Positions 57,352-64,000 of a stretch of 64,000 bases of DNA are shown in pieces (positions within the stretch are counted from its first letter, which is position 1; each line of letters starts with the position of its first letter). The stretch comes from Prorocentrum cordatum (lineage: Eukaryota). The notes under the pieces are model-generated. The model made no database searches. It saw only the letters and a program-made list of their open reading frames with translations, and was not told the origin of the DNA. The position numbers and the translations under genes were made by a program. Location of the stretch: assembly GCA_963575745.1 (NCBI GenBank), contig CAUYUJ010000001.1, positions 1,550,001 to 1,614,000 on the forward strand, given 5' to 3'.

Positions 57352-59137
57352 GACGGGAGGCGCCTCTGGCGTGCACCGCTCTGGGGTATCATAGAATGTA
57401 CAGGGTGCACCGGGCAACCCGCTGGCGGATGACGGGAAGCATCTTCGAAAGGCCCAGGCTCGAGCGATATTGGGCGACACAGAGTCGCCAGCGGGGTCGC
57501 AATCCCTCGCGCAGCATGCAAGTGCGATGGCATGGCATCGATGTTTCGTCGTTTGCCTTCTTTCGCATGCCGTCGCTGAGCTGAATACTACGCGCTGGTG
57601 GGCCGAGCGCTGGACGGCGGCACGACCGTCCTGGAGTCTCTCGAAATTATTGACCATGATTGACAGAGACGAGCAAGTGCACAGCACGAGGAGTTACCAC
57701 CGAGCCTGCCGCACCATCCTCGCCAGAGGGCGAGTGTGGCATAAGGGCGACCTCTACGAGGGCCAGGACGCAGTGGCGAAGCTATGCAGAATGGCGGCAC
57801 TCAACGGTGCTGGAGGATCACCGTTTTCGAGCGATCTGGTTCATAAGTTTCTTGAGCGCGCGATCTTACAGTGGTGCAGTCTTCCGCCTTCGTGCACATT
57901 ACTGGTGTGGCTGGGTTCCTGTCCTTCTTCGACATGCTCCGTCCCAGGTCGGAGGTTGGGATTGGAGGTGCCGCACGGTTAAAGCCTTACTCCCTCCGTC
58001 CTGGGCGTACCACCACCCATATTCGGTTGTCGTCATACGCTTTTCTCTGTATCAGTGCCACGGGTCCAGATATGCACGCTTCTTTTGTTCTCAATGTATG
58101 ATGCATTGCTGGAGGTTCGTCGCTGGAGTTTGTAGCGGTGTCACTTTGATTCAATGTACACTTGTCTGCTTTTCTCACGTGCGCAATTGGCAATATCAGA
58201 GGTTCGTGGCTCGTCCCGTTTTCCTCGGCATGCTGTATGATGGGTTCAGAAGTCGCTATTTCGTTCTTGGCCCCGCGGTGTTCTGAAGGCGGCAGGCCCT
58301 CCCGGCTCGCCGTTGCGCGTCTGGAGGCCAGTCGTGGCAGAGCCGTCTGGGCAATGCCCTGGGCGCGCCGCGATAGGGGCACCTATTGTGCGATGACGTT
58401 CAGTGCCGTTTTCTAGCTTGTCACCAGTCCTACGGTCAGAGGGCCGCAGACTGACGTGCGAAGCTGCCCACCAGTGGGTGGGTGCCTCGTGCGTTGCGTC
58501 CGTGCACGCACATGCGCGCAGGCCTCCCTTTCGGCAGGCCTTGTGGAGGCTCGCGAGACCTCATAGGTTGGGGTTGCGTTGTCAAAAAAGCATCTTCGAG
58601 GAACTCGAAGCGAGAGCTGGACGTTCTGGCCGAATGTGTATCATATCCTATTAAGATATCTCACAGTATAGGGTGGCGGGTTCTACAGGATCGATGGTTG
58701 GATGACGGGAAGCGCGCTTAGACTCGAAGAGTCGCGCGACGGATGTATGTAGCCCAGAGGGTTCATCAGCTGGGGAGGTCGAGAAGGGGAATGGATCGCG
58801 TTCGTCGAAAACCCGTAGCTGTCGGATTTGGAAACATGTAGCGTTTCGCCTGAGACATCCTCGCCAATTCGCGAAGTTTTGAGGTCGCTTCTTAAGAGAC
58901 GTCTCATGCTAAACATGACCGTTTCGCATGAGACATCCCTGGAACATGGGTACGTTGAAATCGTTGGTCTAATCTTCAGAACTTCAAAACTGCTTGAGAC
59001 ATCGTCAAATTCATGAGATGTTTAAGAGGGCTGTTTTGAGACATCGTTTCTGAGTGCTCTTGGGTGGCCTGCAAGATGGCGCAAGGAGCAACATCAGTGA
59101 AACAACATGATGTTCCAACACTCTTGTTCAAAAGTAA

Positions 59138-59174
59138 TACATTGCCATGTTGGCTCAAGTCACTGTGGCTCAGG
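59138..59174 (+). other. Tandem relict spliced leaders
   Basis: TACATTGCCATGTTGGCTCAAG (18/22 to DinoSL) is immediately followed by TCACTGTGGCTCAGG (11/15 to the relict CCATTTTGGCTCAAG). Confidence 0.75.
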
Positions 59175-59265
59175 GCAGGTTTTCTGGTCAGGGCGCGGCC
59201 TCGAAAGGCCGCGCCATTCTAAGACCCGTCGCGAGGAGCAGCGCCAACGAGCACGCCAACGCGCG

Positions 59266-62200
59266 ATGTCGGCGCGCGTTGCCCCTCGCCTCCTCTTGCG
59301 GCTGCTGGTGCTAGGCTCTCCCCTCGTGGCCCTCTGGGTCAAGCCATGCGTGCGCACCTGAAGGCGGCCGCTGCTGCGGATCTGGCCGAGGAAACCCTGG
59401 ATCTGGCCGAGGAAACCCTGGATCTCTATGCCGTCGCCGCCTAGGCGGCTCAGTTGTGCCCCCTTCTGGTGTCGAGGTGGTGGAGGCCACGCTGGGCGAC
59501 GAGAGTCGAGCATCAGTGTTGAGCTCGAGGTCCAGCAGCAGCCTGCCGGCGGCAACAAGTCCGCTCATGCGCTCCACGAGTTTTATAACGTCCCTGAGCT
59601 GTTCAGGATGAGGTATTTCGAAGTCACCTACAAGCTGGTGTCTGCTGCGTCCTCCGCGCCGTCACCCCAGAGACCACCTGGGGTGACCGTGCTGGTCCAG
59701 ATTGGCAGCGCGAAGGGGAGCAAATGGGCAGACGTGAAGATGTGCCTGTCGGAGGTGCCGTTGGCTATGGAGGAGGAGGGGCATGGATACTCGGTGTCCC
59801 TTGCCTTCCAGGACCGCGCGGGTGGATAACAGGGGAACCGACATCGGGCCCTGCCTCCGCCAACTGCAGGTCTTGAGCGGGGGGGGCCCCCGGGCCGTGG
59901 AGGTCCTGAATGCTCCTGCAGATCCGCAGGAAGAGCGAATTTCGCGCCCGCAGGGTTGCGAAGACCCCAGAGGTCTTCGTCACGATCCTGAAGATTCGCA
60001 CCAAGAGCGACGACCTCAAGAGGCACAACTGGTTGAAGGGCCTCTGTGGAGATGTGAGCGCAGCGCAGAAAATCTACAACGAACTCAAGAGGCCCAGGTC
60101 GCTGGGCATAGTTGGCGCGACAGGGGAGGTTCTGTAATATCCTTCGAGGACGAAGGAATTTGTAGTCTGCGGCCAGGACGATTTAGATGCAATGAAGAGG
60201 ACGTGGAAATCGATGCAGCCCTGCGTGCCGTTTGACATCCCCGTGAGGGAGGCGCGCATCATTACAGGCCCATTTAATTGGGCCCGTTCGGATGCCGCGA
60301 TGTGTGAGGTCATCCTGCGTTCCGCAGACAAGTTGCTGAGGTCGATGCCGTCCGGGCACAAGACTGGGGCGACGGCCGAGTCTTCGCGTGCGCTCGAGCG
60401 CTTAATGCCGACGATGGCCGTCGCTGTCCGAGGGCTCGACGTCGCTTCTGTGGACGAGCTGGCGTCCAAGCGGCTGGCCCAGAGGGGCGGCAGCCCAGCG
60501 ACTGGCCCCGCGGACGCGCCAAGGGCCAGCCAGACGATCACCCAGGCAAAGACCAGGCCAATGACCAGCCAGGCGGCCAGACCGAATGCCATGCCGCCGG
60601 CCAGCCAGGCGGCCACCCCAGCGGGTTGGCCAGCGGCCAGCCGGACGGCCATCCCAACGCCCAGCCCTGCGTCCAGCTGCACGGCCAGCGAGGTGGCCGT
60701 GCAGGGCAGCAACGACAACGCGGACTTCCATGCCGTCTCGGTCAGTGAACTGCACTCAGTTGTGCTCCCTTCTGGTATCGAGGTGGTGGAAGCCACGCTG
60801 CGCGACGAGAGTGGGGCGAGCATCAGTGCGAAGCACAAGGTTCAGTTGCAACTTGCCAGCGGCGACGCGTCCGTCCACGCGCCGCGCGATCTTCATAACG
60901 TCCCTGAGCTGTTCAGGATGAGGTACCCCGAAGTCACCTACAGGCATGTGCATGTTCCAACCTCGGCGCGTCCACCCCAGAGACCACCATGGGTGACCGT
61001 GCTGGCTCAGATTGGCAGCACGTCCGCGGCCAGATGGCGCGATCTGAAGATGAGCATGGCAAACGGGTCGCTGGCTATGGAAGAGGAAGGACATGGATTC
61101 TCGGTGTTCCGTGCCTTCAAGGAAGAGATTGATCGAATAGACGTCCTTAATATCGAAGGGGATGCCCTGGCCGCGTTTGGCATCGGCGCTGTCAGGAGCA
61201 TCCGGGCGGAGAACAGGGGGGGCGACATGGGGCCCTACCTCCGCCAACTGCAGGTCTCGAACGGGGGGGCCCCGCGGGCCGTGGAGATCCTGAGCGTTCT
61301 GGAAGAGTCGCAGGGAGAGCGAATTTTGCGGCCGCAGGCTGTGAGGAGCCCCGAAGTCTTCGACGCGCCCCTGAAGATCCCCACCAAGGAAGGCCATTCC
61401 GAGAGACGGAGATGATTGGGTGAACTTTGCGGGGGCTCGAGGGCGCCCCAGAAAGTCCACGAAGATTTCATGAGTTCCAGGCCGCTGGGCATGGCTGGCG
61501 CAACAAAGGCGACCGCGACGTACCCCAAGCGGGCGAAGGAGCTGGTAGCCGGGAGCCAGGCGATGTAGATGAAATGAGGAAGATGTGGAAGATGATGCAA
61601 CTCTGCGTGCCGTTTGACATCCCGGTGAGGGAGGCGCGCATCATTGCAGGCTCTTTCTATTGGGCCCGCGCAGATGCCGTGCAGCACCGGGCATTGCTGC
61701 GTTCAGCGGAGGGTCCGACATGGTCGACGCCGCCTGGGCAGAAGACCATGAGGTCGACAGGCAAGACTTCAGATGCGCTTGAACGACTGATTCCGACAAT
61801 GGCTGTTGCTGTCCGAGGGTTGGACGTCGTTTCTGTAAGCAAATGGGCCTCCTGGACGAGGATGCCTAGGCGCCCGGCTAGCCAGGCGGCCCCCCCAAAG
61901 ATCAGCCAGGCGACCAACCCCACGGCGAGACCAACGTCTAGCCAGGCGGCCACTCCGACAGCCAGGCCGTGGACCAGCCAGACGGCCGCCCCCGCGGCAA
62001 GGCCAGCGACCAGCTGGGTGGCCACCCCCAGGGCCAGCCAGGCGCTCAGCCAGGTGACAAAACCGACGACCAACGAGGTGGCCTCGCAGAGTGGCAGCAG
62101 CGGCTCGGGCATCCCTGTTGGCAAGACCACGCGGCGACGACGTCCGCCTGAGCTCCCTGCCGGCATCGGGGTGTTGGACGCCGAGTTGCGCGACGGGTGT

Positions 62201-63200
62201 GGGGCGGGCATCAGTGCGACCTCCAGGTGCAGGAGCCATTTGCCAGCGGCGTCACATCTGTCTATGTACGGGGCGATATCTATGACCTTCCCGAGTAGTT
62301 TGGTAACGTCAAGGCTCTCGAAGTAACCTACATGCATATGCAAGATCCGACCGCGCTGCCGCCCAAGAGACCACCAGGGGTGACCGTGCTGGTTCTGACT
62401 GACAGCACCTCCGTGGGCAGATCGGACGATTTGAAACTTTGCATTGGCGAACGTTTCGCTGGCAATGAATCAGGGCGGGCGCGCTTTCTCGGTTTTCCTT
62501 GCCTTGCAGGAAGATGTGGTTCAAAACAGCATCGACGCGATCGAAGGGCGTGCCGCGCGCGCGTTTGGAGCTGGCGCTGTCACGAGCATTCGCGCAGAGA
62601 ACTGGGGGGCCGACATCGGGCCTTACCTCCGCCAGCGGAAGGTCATGAGCGGGGAGGCCCCGCGGGCCTTGGAAATCCCGAGCGCTCCTGCAGATGCGCG
62701 TGAAGAGCAACCTTCGGGGCCGTAGGCTGCGAAGAGCCCAGCGGTCTTCGGCGCGCCCCTGGGGGTTCACGCCGAGAGCGACGATCTCAAGAGGCAAATC
62801 TGGTTGAATAAATCACGTGGGGACGTGGTGCAAATCCAGATCACCCGCAAATGAGTCGAGAAGTTCTTGTCGCTGGGCATGGCTGGCGCACCAGACCAGG
62901 TTTTTTTTTCGGATCTCCGCGAGACTATCCGGTCTTTGGCCAGGCAGATCTCTGTGCTGCGAAGAGGACGTGGATACTGATTCAGCCCCGCGTGCCGCTT
63001 GACATCCCGCTGGGGTCGGCGCGCATCATTGCAGGCTCGTTATTGGGCCTGCCTGGGTGCCGCGCTGCGCCCCGTGCTGCTGCGTGCCGTGGAGATGTTG
63101 ATCCGGGCGATGCCGCGTGGGTACAAGACCAACGCTATGGGCCAGACTTCGCGCGCGCTCGAGCGACTGGTGCCGACGACGGCGGTTGCTGTCTGGGGCC
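59266..63200 (+). pseudogene. Intronless retro-pseudogene: N-terminal signal/anchor + three tandem RgpF-like (rhamnan synthesis F) glycosyltransferase domains
   Basis: Starts MSARVAPRLLLRLLVLGSPLVALW. Each of three units (~59490-60440, 60770-61830, 62150-63200) carries (D/E)N(R/W)GxD(I/M)GP(Y/C)LRQ, II(A/T)G...WA and ALERLxPT; LKIxTK and LG(I/M)(V/A)GA are clear in units 1-2. These match the RgpF pattern NRGRD/KlHtK/aGtmFWaR/HAlER. Many stops and frameshifts; P/T/S/A linkers between units. Confidence 0.72.
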
Positions 63201-63541
63201 AACGCGAACTGGGCGGACGCGAGCCACTACGACGCTCACCGGCGGTTGCTCCAACCCGCCCGTAGCCATGTTGGTTAAAGGCCGTGGCGCCCCGAGGGTC
63301 TCGACTAGGCGCATTGTCTCTGAGGGAGGTGCTTGGCAAAGCTAAAATCTACGCAGACGAACGGCTTCCCGACCCGACGCGCGCTCGCGTCGGCGCGTGG
63401 AGCGCGCGGATGGCGGGCGACGGCAGCGGCTGGCAGCCGGTGGCAGGCGGCAAGGGCAAGAAGCTCGCGTTCGGCAGCGGGCGCGGGGGCGCAGTGGCCC
63501 AAGCCGGGCGAGGCAGCCCAGTGGACGCGCGGCGCCTGCGG

Positions 63542-64000
63542 CACGGCCGCGTTGCGGAGTCGGCGGCGTGGGAGGCGTTAGCGGCACGTGACGCGGTCGA
63601 CCCGCACTCCGAGGATCCTGATCTCGATGCGGTGGTCACGGCCATGTTGGACTTGATCAAGGCCTTTGAGAATTTGTCCTTGGTCAAGCTGTTTCAGGCG
63701 GGCCTCCGCTGGGGTTTCTCGCCGCCCATCCTCGCTGTGGTTATGTCCATCTTCGCGATGGCCAGGGCCCTAGTCGTCGACGGCTGCTTCGAAGACGAGG
63801 CGGGGGCCCAGACGGCCATTGTGGTCGGCAGCAAGTGCTCCGTGGCCTTGCTTCGCATGTTGTTGAGGGAGGGAATGGATTGCCTGGTCGCGCGCTACCC
63901 GTGCGTCGACTGGAAGCTGTCCGCGGACGACCTTTGTGCGCAACAGCGAGTGGCGGAGGCCTCCATGACCGATTTTGCCAAGGTTGATCTGGCCTTTTCG
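63542..64000 (+). mobile_element. Non-LTR retrotransposon RT fragment (second family), running off the window
   Basis: My translation: GRVAESAAWEALA..MLDLIKAFENL..WGFSPPIL..AIVVGSKCSV..WKLSADDL, corresponding to RT motifs 3-5. Confidence 0.8.

Noticed and set aside
57470..58286. ORFs of 170 and 208 aa
   Set aside because: No recognisable motifs, and the composition is not convincingly coding.

Overview
This is GC-rich eukaryotic nuclear DNA, almost certainly from a dinoflagellate. The evidence is a perfect 22-nt DinoSL spliced leader at 30118-30139 plus GC/GA splice donors with AG|G junctions; a Prorocentrum-like source is my inference. Most long ORFs in the track are artefacts of satellites and microsatellites. 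By hand I could assemble seven small phase-compatible exons (4896-55075, + strand) into the N-terminal ~185 aa of a FAF2/UBXD8/PUX10-like UBX protein (UBA-like, hydrophobic hairpin, start of UAS), with introns of 2.5-15 kb. Nested in those introns, all in the same sense, are: (1) a 3-exon RING-HC + very long EAR/K helical gene; (2) a TMA17/Adc17-like gene split by an Introner-like TIR/TSD insertion; (3) a near-full-length APE+RT LINE that begins exactly with the spliced leader, sits in (TA)n, and has its ORF2 frame open across all of ORF1; (4) a DIRS-like Gag / methyltransferase-motif fragment; (5) a triple RgpF-like glycosyltransferase retro-pseudogene with tandem relict SLs; (6) a second RT fragment at the right edge. 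The remainder is palindromic MITE-like elements, satellite-carrying elements with short asymmetric inverted repeats, and microsatellites. All family assignments come from motif recognition by eye, not from searches.
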